Both the position numbers and the translations under genes were made by a program. Shown here piece by piece: positions 1 to 12,989 of a DNA stretch of 64,000 nucleotides. Source of the stretch: Camelus dromedarius (Eukaryota); NCBI RefSeq assembly GCF_036321535.1, contig NC_087437.1, forward strand, positions 24,678,001-24,742,000. Direction: 5' to 3'. Under the pieces are notes generated by a model that ran no database searches, was not told the origin of the DNA, and saw nothing but the letters and a program-made list of their open reading frames with translations. Within the stretch, counting starts at the first letter, position 1. Each line of letters starts with the position of its first letter.

Positions 1-289
1 AAAAAGATCAGAGGACAGAGATTGTTTTATGTTTGCATCGACACCAGTTGTATTTTGAAACATTTGCTAATTTGTCAGTTTTGAAAGTTTCTAAGTGAGT
101 TATCACCATTGCTAAAGACTCTTCTGATCATTCAAAGAGGAACACGTCTAGCAGTTTAAGTTTCTGAGTAAGTGCTATAAAAAGTACTAGAAGGCAGTGT
201 GCTATGAACCATAGTGGTGCACGTGGCTTGTCTTCTGGCCTCCATGATTACTGATGTTACTATTTCAGACAACACTGTCTGCAAATCTT

Positions 290-397
290 TTTTTTTAAAT
301 AGATTTATTTATTTACTAATGGGGGTACTGGGGATTGAACCCACGACCTCGTGAATACTAAGCAGTCACTCTACTGCTGAGCTATACCCTCCCTCCC
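290..397 (-). mobile_element. tRNA-derived SINE, camelid Vic-1 type
   Basis: Minus strand reads GGGAGGGAGGGTATAGCTCAGCAGTAGAG...GGTTCAATCCCCAGTACC, i.e. Pol III A and B boxes, then an A-rich tail. TSD gcaaatctt at 281-289 and 398-406. Confidence 0.9.
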
Positions 398-2384
398 GCA
401 AATCTTATTAAAGTGTACACATCCTAAACTTAGGGAAAACTTACACCGCATGACTATTAATGATTACGATGATGTATGGGAAGTTTTAATTGTTTATAGT
501 CAATCCTATAATTTTACAAGTGATCAAATTCAAGCCCAAATAGACTTGAAACAACATAGGTCAAGGGGGATTTGAGGAACTTGAATCAGACTGAGAGAAC
601 ATCAAAAAGGGCCAGAGAATCTGTAACTTAGGGTCGGAGTTGCCCGAGGTCAGGAAGAGGGAGGTTCTCTGTAAAAGGCTCCCAACAGCTGGGTTGTAAA
701 AGGTACAGCTGGAGCAGTTGGAGGGGAGATTGGAAAGGTCTGAAACTGCAGAAGAATGAGGGTGAAATGAGATGTGACTTGCTCAGGACAATAAAAGAAA
801 GGCAGGAACAGCTGCAGGGTTTGGATCTGAGATGCACGGCAAACCCAGTGTGCAGACAAGGCTTAAATGAACAGTGATGGGAAATGTATATGTATGTATG
901 TGTGTATATATATATATCTGAAGATGCAGAAAACAAATACTTAGGAAAAACTAATATGCTTAGAAAGTTCTGAGCAATGCACTGGAGGAATGAGGATTAA
1001 AGGGCAGGAAGAATTGAATCGACAGATATTTTGATGCTGCTTTTGAGTTAGTAATACACTGTAACTACCATGTGAAGGAATACTTGGAACTCTACACTGG
1101 CCACCAAAACCAGTTATGATCTAGGTGAGTTTGGTATATTCCAAGTTCTTAACTGGAGCTTTTAAAACATTCCCCAGTCTATTTATACATGGACTGATAG
1201 GAAATCATTTTAACTTGCTCTACAGTTATTTAAAAATATTAAAACATTTCCATAATTTTGAGGTATTTTTCATTGTAATTGTAATAGGGTACAGTCATCA
1301 ATTAACTTTTTTCCTTCATTATTAACAGTGAACTTTTATGAAATTGCTGCTTGGTGCAAGAACTGTTTTCTATCTTCGGGTCATTAGATTTGCTGATTTG
1401 AATTTAAACGGAAAATAGTATTAATCCCCCAAAATACCTTCTCTTCAAATTATGTGGCATTGCCTTTTATCCCCCCTTCTTTTTTGCACTGCATAATACA
1501 GCCTGGCAAAAAGTAAGTGTGATCTTAATTGTTAGACTTGTTTATTCCAGGGAGGAACCAATGGAGCACTTACAGTAATTAACATATTTTCTCTGGTCTT
1601 CTCATTTTGTTAATGATATCTTATTGAAGGCTGTGCAGTAATTACTGCCCACTGAGGTACATACGCCAAAACAAATTAATGGCCAATGACCAATAATGAT
1701 TACACTTGTAATTACCTATTGTGAAGTATAAGCAGAAAAAAAATGAAATTAAAAACAATGTTCTCTGAAGCTAAAATTAAACTGTATTGTTAAACTGTCC
1801 TAAAAATGATATTAACAACTCAACAGAGAAATGATATTTCATGACTTTATCATCATATCATCAGTTGCATGGGTAAGTTACAAGAGATGTTTTTTGCTGT
1901 GTTACACAGTGTGAAGAATAGGGCATAAGTTTACTCTCAGGTATGACTTTTAGGTATTTGTGACACATTTATCTTAACATAAGCAGCATAATTTTCAGTG
2001 ATTTCAAGAAATTAAAGTAATTTTCTTATACCAGAAAACAGTATTTCCTTCTTCTCAACAGCAGATTTTTTTCCCCCAGTGGCTTCTTGCTGTCTATGCT
2101 TAAGAAATGCTGGGTCACTTAGCACTTTTAACAATATCAATACTGTTTAATGCTCAAACTTTATTTACCTCATGGGTTTATCAAAATAAAGAGAAATTTT
2201 CCTATAACACTGCCCACCATAACTGGAGATAGAGGGTAGTGATAAAGATTCACACAATTTTCATGTGACATAATTTGATTTGTAAAGCTGAGCAGTTTGA
2301 AACTCTTCTTTCTTTAGACTACCAACAACTTTGGCATCTTTTTTCAAATGTGGGAAAAAGAATAAATTTTAGCTAAGGATTAGC

Positions 2385-2545
2385 ATAGTACAGTATCGGG
2401 TTTCTCCATACTGAAATATAGGAGCCCTGGCACCTAAGCCTGTGTCACTAATTAGCTGGCAAGTCACTATTTCCGGGCCTTGGTTTTCTGATCTGAGAAA
2501 TGGGAGCTTTGTATTAGATCACCTCCAAGGTCGCTCATGTGCTAT
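2385..2545 (+). mobile_element. MIR-family SINE remnant
   Basis: Core-like ggcaagtcactatttccgggccttggttttctgatctgagaaatggg; diverged. Confidence 0.6.
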
Positions 2546-4329
2546 GGTGAGCTTTGTGATAAGGATCGCAGGAGAATGGGAATCCCCTCTCTTATCTCTG
2601 GTTAAATTCTTGTATGAAAACAACTTGTTAGATGATTTTATTTATTTGGAGTTGAGTTTACAAGTCAAATTTTCTTATCTTTGATTCTCAGGCCTCATCA
2701 AATACTTAGGCTATGAAATAGAATAAAACATTTTTGTTCACCTGAGTAGGAGAAATGACACTAGTACCTCCACCTGGATAACTAGCTTAGCTGTCTACAT
2801 TTTCAAATAAACTTTAAAAATAGTGTTTAGAATGATATGATTTTTAATTGAAATATTTAATAGAGTGTACTGATTTTGTTCACTGTAGTCTTTTGTTCCT
2901 AAGGTGAATTTGAGTTCCTGCAGATTCAGAATTAAGGTTTTAAGTATTTTCATACCTGTTAGCACTTGACCCTGTATTAGTGTTCAAGAAGTATTCATTG
3001 AAAGGGGGAAAAACATGATTGCCAATATTTCTTTGTTTTTGGTCATTCTGTACGTTGCTACGTTGTTTTAATCTGTTTTCCGGTAAAATATTGTCTCCTC
3101 AAATAAGAGGAGACAACTTAAATGTTTTACAATGAAGCAATCAAGGCTTGATTCTTTGAGTTAAAGTTTATCATTTGGGTATGGGTGTCACAATGAAATT
3201 ATGATCTTGCTGTTATGAGTTGAATATCACCTCCAAATTACTTTTTTTTACATATGAGGAAATTGAGCTTAATGAAGATGCAAATTGCTAGATTATTATT
3301 ATCTAAAATCTCTGCTCCGGAGATTGTAGTCCATCAATTAAAGTTTATTAACGCCCTGTTTAGGAACCACTAGCAAAAGATGAGAAAAGTTGTTATCGAG
3401 CTTTAAGATTTTTCAGGACCTCTTACTGCTTTTAATTTTTCCTTTCAGTTCATGGGAACTGGTCTTGTATGCCTGGCTGAACTTGGTTTAGAATTTTGAC
3501 AGTTTTTTATTTGCGTCCCATTTGGATGTTTTTCAAAATGTCCAGACTATTCACATTACATCTGAATAAGCACCACCCAATGGTTTAATTCAAATTGTCT
3601 GACATACCTCTAATTAGTATTGCTCATGTTTACAGGTTATTCTTAATAACACAAAACTTTGTGGCCTAATTTAAAAACAAGAAGTAATTAAAGTTACAAA
3701 TAAACTATTTCTAGATTAAAAATAATGTGGAAATTATCAGAAGTTTTAAAGAAAAATTTGTTTTAAAGAGCTGACTTTGATAGAAAACTCTTGGTCAGGG
3801 TAAAATGAGAAAGGACTGAGTAGCCAAAATAATGGTGTCTTATGATCTAATTCCCAGTCTGAAATAATCTTGATAGTCATCTGTTAATATATTTAGACTT
3901 AGAAGCATTGGCAAACTGGAGGTTATAGAGATGCATATAGAGACTTTGGCTATTAGTCTTGCTATGCTGGTAATTACCAGTAAATTTTAATTATGTCCAA
4001 AGCCAGTATATGCCTGTACATCTGTAAGTATTTTAGCAATTAAAAAAAAAAAAAAGACAGTTTTCTACAATATTAAGCTAGAAATTTTTTCCAGTTCTAA
4101 CTTAATCAGTAATGAATGAAAAAAATAATGGTTTCTGAGAAAAATGATTATTTAAAAGTAGGCTGGAAAAATAAAATTCTCATTACATGTCTCTAAGTTT
4201 CTAGCCCTGAAATCATGATACATTTGTTTATTTTGCTCAATATCATTTAAAGAAAGTTATTTAAAAAGTAAATAAGGCAAGAACCTGATATTTGTTTAAC
4301 TAAAAAATAATGACTTTAAAAAAGGGAGG

Positions 4330-4430
4330 TTGCAGGTTCTTAACCTATAGTGTCGTCTCCCTAGCTAAGCTGCTTCATGAACTTGGGCAAGTGTACTTAT
4401 CATTTAGAGACTCATTTTCCGCATCTGACA
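4330..4430 (+). mobile_element. MIR core fragment
   Basis: gaacttgggcaagtgtacttatcatttagagactcattttccgcatctg resembles the MIR core. Confidence 0.6.
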
Positions 4431-5599
4431 TTCTCATCTTTCCTTATTGAAAGCATCACTGAAGTCCTTTCAGAAACCATTTGCTTTGTGTATGTTGGTG
4501 TTTATGGTTTTAGTTTATATATTATATACATACATTTAGTCTGTATGTATATATATCATATATAGCATCACACATTCTCTTAAAATTTATATGAACCTTT
4601 ATAATTTTTCCATGTGTGTATGTATACCTTGTATGTTAAAGAAAAATTACCCAAAGGAATAAATTACTTTCCTTATTTTGTTCATATATTTAAGATAATT
4701 CCTGCATGTCATTTTCTTCAATGATGTGTATATTGGAATTATGGTCATAAGAATATCACATTCATTATTTTTTTTTTGGAAACATTTCAACATCTCTATT
4801 CAAGGACTCACTGGATCATGTTTACAGAAGCTTTTGAGGCATCTGTTCTTAGCCACAGCTGAGAATGGGGCCCACCATGCAGAGTGGAAGGATCCACCTA
4901 GAATTTGTTGAATTAAGTCCTTGCACCTGGATATAATTGTCGTGCCGCTGTGCTGGGGTTTTCTTAAGCTACTGGTAAAACAAATTAGCTCAATTTAAAC
5001 TGGCATCCAGTAGAGAAGCAACAACTCACCTCATATAATGTTTTTCAAATAATTATTTTTGTATTGCCAGTTTTACCTCATGCATATTTTCCTGGGGGCT
5101 GGGTGAGGGGAAAAAATGTAGCTAAACCTGAGACGTGATAAAAATTCTACTCACGTTATAGGCGTTGGTATCACGGCAGTGTAATTAAGATATGGGTAAA
5201 TATGCGAGTATAATTTCAGTTCAGCTGGATTTGTTGCCTCCCCCCCCCCAATGAAACAGAAATTCAGATACTTAGTTGTGAGGTAGAGTTTAAGAAGTAT
5301 TCTCATACCCATATGCAATTTCATAAACCCCTGTCATATTTGCTGTGCTTTAACGACATAACGATTTTTTGAGATAGAAATGCGTGTGAGAGTCATGATA
5401 AACCGGAGACAAGATTCATTTACATTTGTCAGTAGAATTCATAGAACTCATATGGTTATGCATTTTCCAGTCATTAGTACTTGGCAACCAATTTCCCAAG
5501 TTTTCTGGAAATCCAATAAATTCAAAACGTCAACGGCTAGTAAGAACGGGGTTAGCGCTTGTGGAATTACGAGGCTCACCTGCACATGTATGTCCGTGG

Positions 5600-5727
5600 G
5601 CATTCGTCCCTGCGCCACTTAGCTCAGATTGCATGGCTACCAGGATGCTCAGCAACCAGGACACAGCAGGGTAGCGGGAGAGGCTCCTGCCTTCCGGAAG
5701 TTTACATTCCACTTTGGGATACAGACC

Positions 5728-5809
<82 letters not shown>

Positions 5810-5900
5810 CAGGTAGTCTTAAGTTTTATGAAGAATATAGTGTGGGTTAATTACAGAGGAGGGACAAGGTACAATTAGATTGGTCAGGAAGACTTCTCAG
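5600..5900 (-). mobile_element. L2 LINE 3' remnant interrupted by a microsatellite
   Basis: ctcctgccttccggaagtttacattccactttgggatacagac resembles antisense L2 3' sequence; L2-like sequence appears to continue after the TA repeat. Confidence 0.5.
5728..5804. repeat. A18-(TA)~29 compound microsatellite
   Basis: Directly visible uninterrupted A run followed by a perfect TA run. Confidence 0.98.
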
Positions 5901-6749
5901 CAAGCTTTTGTGTCAATGTACCTGTCCATGAGTACGTAATCTGGCTGCATTAATATACACATTTAACTTCTGAATATGACTTGCTCAGTGTCTAGTGGGA
6001 GAAAATCATGTCCAGGTGGGAGAAAAATGCCCTACTTGATTTAAGACGGAAAGCATCTAGAATTTAGAAAAGTCTGTGCGTGTGTGTAGCAATAGACACA
6101 TGTGTCTCCCAAGTATAACATACAGAACATAATAGATCAATATTACATGTAATTTGTTATAAAGGTTTGAATGTGAAGTCCTACAGAGTCTTTCCTAACC
6201 ATTTTTTTCTTCTTTCCCTGTCTTAATAACTTGCAAACATTTCTTATAGTACACCTCACCTTGTATCGCCATTAGCTGTATACCAATGTCTTTTCCTTTT
6301 AAGATTTTTCCTCCTTGACATGACTTTTCCTTTATGTATCTTTGTATTTCCAGGACTTTACACCAAGTCTAGAAGGAAATAAAATGTATGAGCTTTTTTG
6401 GGGGGTGGTTTTTTGGGGGGGAGTTTTTTGGTACGGAAACGCGAATGAACCAAAAATGTGTTTTAATGTAAGTGTGTGTTAAAGGGCTTCTACTGTATTT
6501 CAATTGAGATGCCCAGAGCTGATTACACAGGAGAATTTCACTTATTTATTAATGTTCTGAAAGTAAAATGTTGTAAGTGGCAGAGCTGAATTCCAAATTC
6601 CAGCAACCCAGCTGGCTGACATGTGCTCATTGTTGGCAAGAAACACTGCAGCCGAGTTTGATTATCAATGACAACACTACTGCTGCCGATGGAAATAGCG
6701 ACCCTTCATTCAGCTCCTTCTAATGTCGGCTGTTGTTCATTACGTACAT

Positions 6750-6845
6750 TGTCCTATAAAATCCTGACAGTTGCCCCGTAAAGCAGGTCTTATCACCCCA
6801 CTTTGCAGAGGGAATGAAAAACTGCCTGAAGTCACCAGGCTTGTC
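6750..6845 (-). mobile_element. MIR fragment
   Basis: ttatcaccccactttgcagagggaatg...ctgcctgaagtcac matches the antisense MIR core. Confidence 0.55.
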
Positions 6846-7184
6846 ATAGATTAAAATACACCAAAATAATGTGTATTCCAAATTATGAGATGTACGATGT
6901 ATCATAAAAATAGGATACAATTTCAGAAAAAGAATTACAAAGTGGCTGCCATATATATAATAAAAGTTTATGTATTTATGATGTATTGTTAAATGGCAGT
7001 GGGATAGTCTTTCAAATGCTTGGTGACGAAAGGGTGTGAAGTGGCAGGGATATGTATCTCGGCAAAGTCTGGGGTGGTGTATGTATGCGTGAGAGTATGT
7101 GTGTGAGTGTACATATATGCTCATCATATGCATAGATATTTGCATAGTTTGACGCTATTACTTTTGAACTGACTTATTACGGTG

Positions 7185-7315
7185 CAATGTCTCCCTCCCA
7201 CAAAATGAACTTTGGAGGACAGGACCATTTCTTGCTTATCTCTATATCCTCAGTGCTTAACACAGTGTGTGATACAACCTAGGAACCTACTAAATGCTTG
7301 TTTTAAAAAATGAAA
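7185..7315 (+). mobile_element. L2 3' end
   Basis: ggaggacaggaccatttcttgcttatctctatatcctcagtgcttaacacagtg...taaatgcttgtt is a typical L2 terminus. Confidence 0.75.
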
Positions 7316-8994
7316 AATTAACAAAGCAATTTTATCACTAAAGTGCTCCGCAGCATAGGAGCGCCTAAGATTTTTATTCCCATTAGCTTTAAAAACCAAT
7401 ATCAACAACATGGGAAAACAACACATAAATACCTGTTGTTATGTTTTTTATTCTAAAAGCTCAGTGGAGCTTTTTGTAATTACGAGAATTAATCTATCTC
7501 AGTATTATAGTTCTGAGTTAGGCAGTATGGTATGGAAATGCAAGACTTGAAAAAATCACACGTGTGTGCAAAAATCTAGCAATAGTTTTCCTTCTTAAGT
7601 CTAACATTGGCATGTAACCAACAAAAAAAGCAGCTAAATGAGGTATTTTATGAACTTAATGCTAATAGTCACTGATACACATTTATATATATTCACTCAA
7701 CAGGTCGTAATATTGACAATATATGTGTGTGTTCTAATATGTCATTCACACATATATACTCTGTAACTCAAAACGAGGCTGCCATGCACTATAAAGCTAA
7801 CTGCATAGGTTCACCAAATATCATGTGCTTTTCAATTTATGGATTCTTTTGTTAACATAGACAAAGAAAAGAGGCACAGACAAAAAGATTTGTAACCTGA
7901 ATACCAGGAGAAATAGAAATCTTTACAACTAAGCCTTTTAGGAAATATAAAAATAGAATTGGTTCAAAATTAATTAAAAGGATATTTTTCTCTTTCCATG
8001 GGATGATGGAGGTGAAGGGCAGCCCTCACTGCTGGTAATTTATTTTATGTTTATGTGTCTCCAGGTTTAGAGAAAGTAGAACTCACCCAAAATGCTCTCT
8101 AAGAATTTAAGCTCACAGACTCATTATTCTGTGCAGCTCAAAGTGAAGATATGGTTTGGGTATAAATGCAGGTGATTTGATTAAACAATCTCACTTTTAC
8201 ATGATTGTACATTTCAGATATTAGAAAAACCAGAATGTGATTCTCTACCTAATGAGTTCAACTTCCAAAATTACTGAGTACACAGTAAAAATAATCTAGT
8301 CCACAGTGTCTGCTCATTAGAAGTAGACGAAGACTTTGGGTAGAAGCTCCTTATAGACTGGGGTACAAGTGCCCAATTCTCAGAGTTAAAGGAAGATACT
8401 TTATAAGGATATTCTTATTCCCATATTTTTTTCTAAGGGGACACTGAGTTCATTTTGTGAAACTAGAGTAATCTCACAGAATGACATACTGCTGCAGACA
8501 TCCCAGTATAAGCAAGGGCTCTTATAGTTCTAACATTTTTCTTAAATTAATATTTAGAACAAAACGTGAGTGTGGCAAGATTGAACATTTCTTAACTTTT
8601 CTGATCTACTCTTAGTGTTCCAAGTATAACTATGAAGACAAATTAAATTGTGTTGTGTTGAAAGAGAGTGTGGTAGAGGCTTATTACAAGATGTTACCTG
8701 CCTGTCACCAAAGGTTCGTTTTTACGGGACTGCATGATCGATTGTTAGTTTCATAGAAAATTCTATATTTTCAAATTTTTGATGTCCCAAATTTAATTTT
8801 GCTAAATGATACCCACAGAGTGGTTATGCTGAAGTGATACGGAGCTAGGTAATTGGAAATGAAGAGGTGCACAATAATCTAGTTGCTCCAGGCAAAAACA
8901 TAGGCAGCTTTGATTTTTCCCACTTGTTCATGACTGCAAATGATCGACCCTCTGCTTTGAAAGTAAGTATTGTGATTCTGTTCACTTTTCTACA

Positions 8995-9700
8995 TCTCCA
9001 CTTGCACCAGCACCATCTTCTGTCACCTGGGCTCTTGGGCTTCCTTCCCTGCCTGTGGCTTCCCACTCTACACACTGAATTCACTCTCCATCCAGGAGCC
9101 AGAAAGTCTGCTTCTAAGCATAAGTCAGATCATGTCACTCCTTCTCTAAAAGCCTCCAGAGCTTAAATCATAATGGCCCCAACTAGAAACAACCCACGTG
9201 TTTATCATCAACCTGTGAATGGATAAACAAATAGTGCATTCATCCAATGGAATTGAATTCTTTTGGCAGAAATGAACAACTGATACATGCAACAGATGGA
9301 AGCATCTGAAAGGTGTTATGCTAAGTGAAAGAAGCAGGACAAAAAAGGCTACAGGATTCCATTTATATGACATTTATGACATAGGAATAAAAATCAAAGC
9401 AGCAGTGGCTGGAGGGTGGAAGACACAAGGGAGCTGTTCGGGGTGATGATCTATTTCTTGATGGTGGTGGTTACACAACTTTACACCTTTGTCTATAATC
9501 ATCAAACCGTTTGACATTATTACATTTATATATGTGATGGTTTTATATATATTATATACAGGATATATATATAATGAGCACACATATAAATGTAATAAAA
9601 CATATTATATAGAATAAAAATCCACACCCTGACTCAGGCCTGTGAGGCCCTTTGTGAACTTGCCCCTGCCTGCCCTTCACCTCATTTCTCTTTGTACCTC
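8995..9700 (+). mobile_element. L2 fragment split by an L1 insertion
   Basis: ccatcttctgtcacctgg...agtcagatcatgtcactccttctctaaaagcctcc ends near 9163, and L2 resumes near 9610 (agaataaaaatccacaccctgactcaggcctgtgaggccct). Confidence 0.75.
9165..9530 (+). mobile_element. Old L1 (L1MB/L1MC-like) 3' region nested in L2
   Basis: ctagaaacaacccacgtg...gaatggataaacaaa...atgctaagtgaaagaagc...gattccatttatatgacatt...ggtggtggttacac. Confidence 0.85.
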
Positions 9701-11439
9701 ATGTGGTTCTAGACAATTTAGGGTGTTTTCTTAGACATTTGATTTGATGTTGACATTTACAAACAAATCATTTGCCTTTAAAAATACCATTTAATTTTTA
9801 TTAATGAGGATTTAAAGTATAAAATTATGTATTAATAATTCTTTTGTGGTATACCTACATTTTCTCATAAAAATGACAAGCCTCGTCTACAAAAACTCTG
9901 TCCTTATCATCACGGAAAGCCTAGTTCTCTCTTAGTTCATAGAAAGGGAAGAGAAGAGGCAGTGATTTTAACTGCCTGAGATCATCTTCAACTCAGTCAG
10001 TGGCCAGGTACTTTCTGTCAGTTAAACATAATGTAAGCAAAGATGAATTTATGTAATATTAATTAATTAACTAATTAAACAAATGATTTTTATACTATTG
10101 TTTAACAGGACCCTCAAGGGGCCATTTTTGATTTTATAAAAATGTGAAAATTAAATGTCATTAAATAGTAACGTCTCCTTTTTATGGACAAATATAAATT
10201 TAATATACAAACATTTAATTAGAACTATTTCAGACAGACACCTTCATGTATGTCTGATGTGGGCCCACACACAAACACACAGAGGGGATAATACATAAAG
10301 AGATAGAAACTATGTGTAGAAGACACACGTCTACACCCGCACACACGTTTTCCTCAGTTCTAAGAAAAAATGTGCTTTTCTAATAGTGGATTATATGGAA
10401 GTAAAAATTCAGTTCACATATCTAAATTAGATTTACAGAACTTCTATAAATGCATTAAAACAGATTCACATAAATCACTAAAATGTCATCTTTAAAAAAC
10501 AAGTCACATCCATTATCTGATCCTGCACCTCATCACATGGTTTACATTTACATATTCTGCACTCCAGGAATATGTCAGGACTAGACAAAATTTTCAGCTC
10601 ACATGAGAAACAGCAAAAATACAAGTTGACTCTCTAGTGGGATTATGGGACTTGAATTTTATTTTTTTTAATTTACTATTTCTTTCCTCCTTCGTTTTCC
10701 CCCTCCCTATCTCTCCTGTCCCCCCTTTCCTCCTTCCTTCCCACTCCCCATTCTTCTTTAGCCTTCCTTTTCCCCTATGCTCACTGAAAAGAATCTGGTC
10801 ATTGCGGGAAGTTTCCAGCTTAGGGCTTTAGGATAGTTTCAATTCACCTTAAACTTTCGCTGTTCAGCATGAATCTAGTCAACATACTAACTTGAGTCCC
10901 AGAATGTGTTTCTTTTCTTTTAGTTTCCTTTTGAGCTATCCAAGAACAGGATGACATTATTCAGGAAACATCTTGTGCAATGATGCCACATCCATCACTT
11001 GACTAAGAGCTTGTTTTCAACTTTATAAACCAGCGGGGTAACCTTCTGTTCCCAAGAGAAGGCCTGAAACGCACTGGGCAAAGCTCTGGCTCTTGTAAGA
11101 GCTGTTCGCTGATACAGATGTTCAGGTGACTGACTGATGGTTTCCTTCCCCCGTGAGACAGCTCCTGGCAAGCTCTGGGATGTGACTTAAAACTGGAGTG
11201 ACTCTCTGGAGATAGGCTTGAGATGGCATGGTCTCAAGGTCCTTAGTCGCAAGTTCTTTCAGAAAGTCTGGTGAGGTCCAAACCTTCCCTGGCAACCCGG
11301 TCTGCTCACACAGTCTGACAGCACAAGCAGGGAAATGTAAACAAGAAAAGTGCCAAGGTCAAGGTCTTCCCTGGTGCTTCCTGGACTAATACAGCAGAGG
11401 GCTTAAAAGCTCTGGCTCTGAGGCTGAGATGCCTGGCCA

Positions 11440-11628
11440 TCCCTGCTGGGCGCAGGACCAGAGGCTCAGGGTCCTCATTAATGATAATCATGTGTATTAT
11501 TGTTTCACAGTAATAACAGTACTTTTCTAATGGAATTGCTGTGAGGGTTAGACTAAATTAACACAATGCCTAGCACAAAGTGAACACTAGCTAAATGTTA
11601 TCTGTTAGTATTGTTGTAATTGCTATTA
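11440..11628 (+). mobile_element. MIR 3' part
   Basis: taataacagtac...ttgctgtgagggtta...cacaatgcctagcacaaagtgaacact...aaatgtta. Confidence 0.7.
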
Positions 11629-11865
11629 TTTTTTTTAACATCTTTTGTTGTGGTATGGCTCCTGTACAGTAAACTACACATATTTCAGATACAATTTGAT
11701 AAATTTTGATAGGTGTTTACGCCCATGAAACCACCACCGCAATCAAGATAGCTAACATTTCCATCGTTCCCCAAGAGGTGCACATTTCGAATTCCCAATT
11801 TATCCCTTCCCTCCCCCTTTACCCCCTGGTAACTGTAAGTTTCTCCTCTGTGTCTGTGAGTCTGT
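11629..11865 (-). mobile_element. L1 3' end fragments (L1MB-like, joined to an artiodactyl-type L1 3'UTR piece)
   Basis: T-tail, then tacaatttgataaattttga...catgaaaccaccaccgcaatcaagata; then cccaatttatcccttccctccccc...ctggtaactgtaagtttctcctctgtgtctgtgagtctgt. Confidence 0.7.
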
Positions 11866-12989
11866 AGTCACTACTACTGTCATCCTAAGCCTCAGAGAGT
11901 AATCTGGCCCCAGTTGAGAGACGCTGGTGGAATTTTCTCCTTCTATCATTATGAATTTAAGTTTTGATGAAAAAATTTGATGGTTTAGAGAGCTAGTGTA
12001 GAATTGCAGAGTTAAGCAGTTACTGGAATTTAAACTATTCAGAACCAGTGTACACAGAGGAAGGGAAATTTTGTGTTTTGAGTCAGTTTACTTTGTTCAG
12101 TTTTACACACAAACATCTTGTTTTCTTGGTTTTCTAATTAGATAACAATATTTAAGGTAGAATTAATTTGATTACTTACAGGAAGAAGCAGCTTAATAAG
12201 TAAACCAATAAATGTTGTATTTTTCTAGTATAACATTTCTGTAAGAAATTAGATTAAAGTAAGAAAAATAAAATCTCCTGTTAGAATTCTTTCAGCATTT
12301 TGTAATGCTTCTTATACTAAGTATTAAAACCAGAAAAAGTCCTGTTTCTTTCTTTTTGTACCACACATACTTTAGTAAATTCTGTACCAGGCAGGTCTGG
12401 GGAGCTAATTATTAAAAATGCATCTTCCAGCAAATAAATAGGCAAGTATTAAAATGTAAAGTTTTTTATATTATGTTTTAAATATATAATTATTTATATT
12501 ATATATTATTTAAATGTTTTAATATAAAATCGATGGAAAATATTTAACATTATTTTTATAGTATCTGTTTCTTTATCTTCCTTCGTTTCTCATTATTATT
12601 TTTACTGCTTTTATTATTATAGCTGCCCAGAAATGACACATTACTAAATACCAGTGAACACTGGAGGAAGGTTAAACAAAGTTAATTTATGCAAGGAAAC
12701 TCCAGCTAGAAATGCGGGAAGACCTTTTTCTACTTAATAAATACATTATTAGCACAGGTCATTTTTACCTGCTGGGTATTTCCAGGCATCCAAATAATTG
12801 TTATTCTCAACTGTCTCTTCTCGTGTCTTAGCCAAGCTAAGCCACAAAGGACAGACAGCTCAGAGATTAGCGAGTATTTCTCAGCTGCCCCACAGAGGAG
12901 CTGGGAGCGAGCCTGAAGAGTTTCCCAGAAGGCCTGAAAGCACGCAGCAGCATCTTTGAGCAGAAACAGCCTTGGAAAATGTTCGTTTT

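Noticed and set aside
318..397. tRNA gene (also at about 24600-24674 and 46745-46813)
   Set aside because: A and B boxes are present, but the copies are diverged, carry A-rich tails and are flanked by TSDs, so they are SINEs.
5559..5850. ORFs with KKKK-IYIYIY repeats
   Set aside because: They are translations of the A/(TA)n microsatellite.
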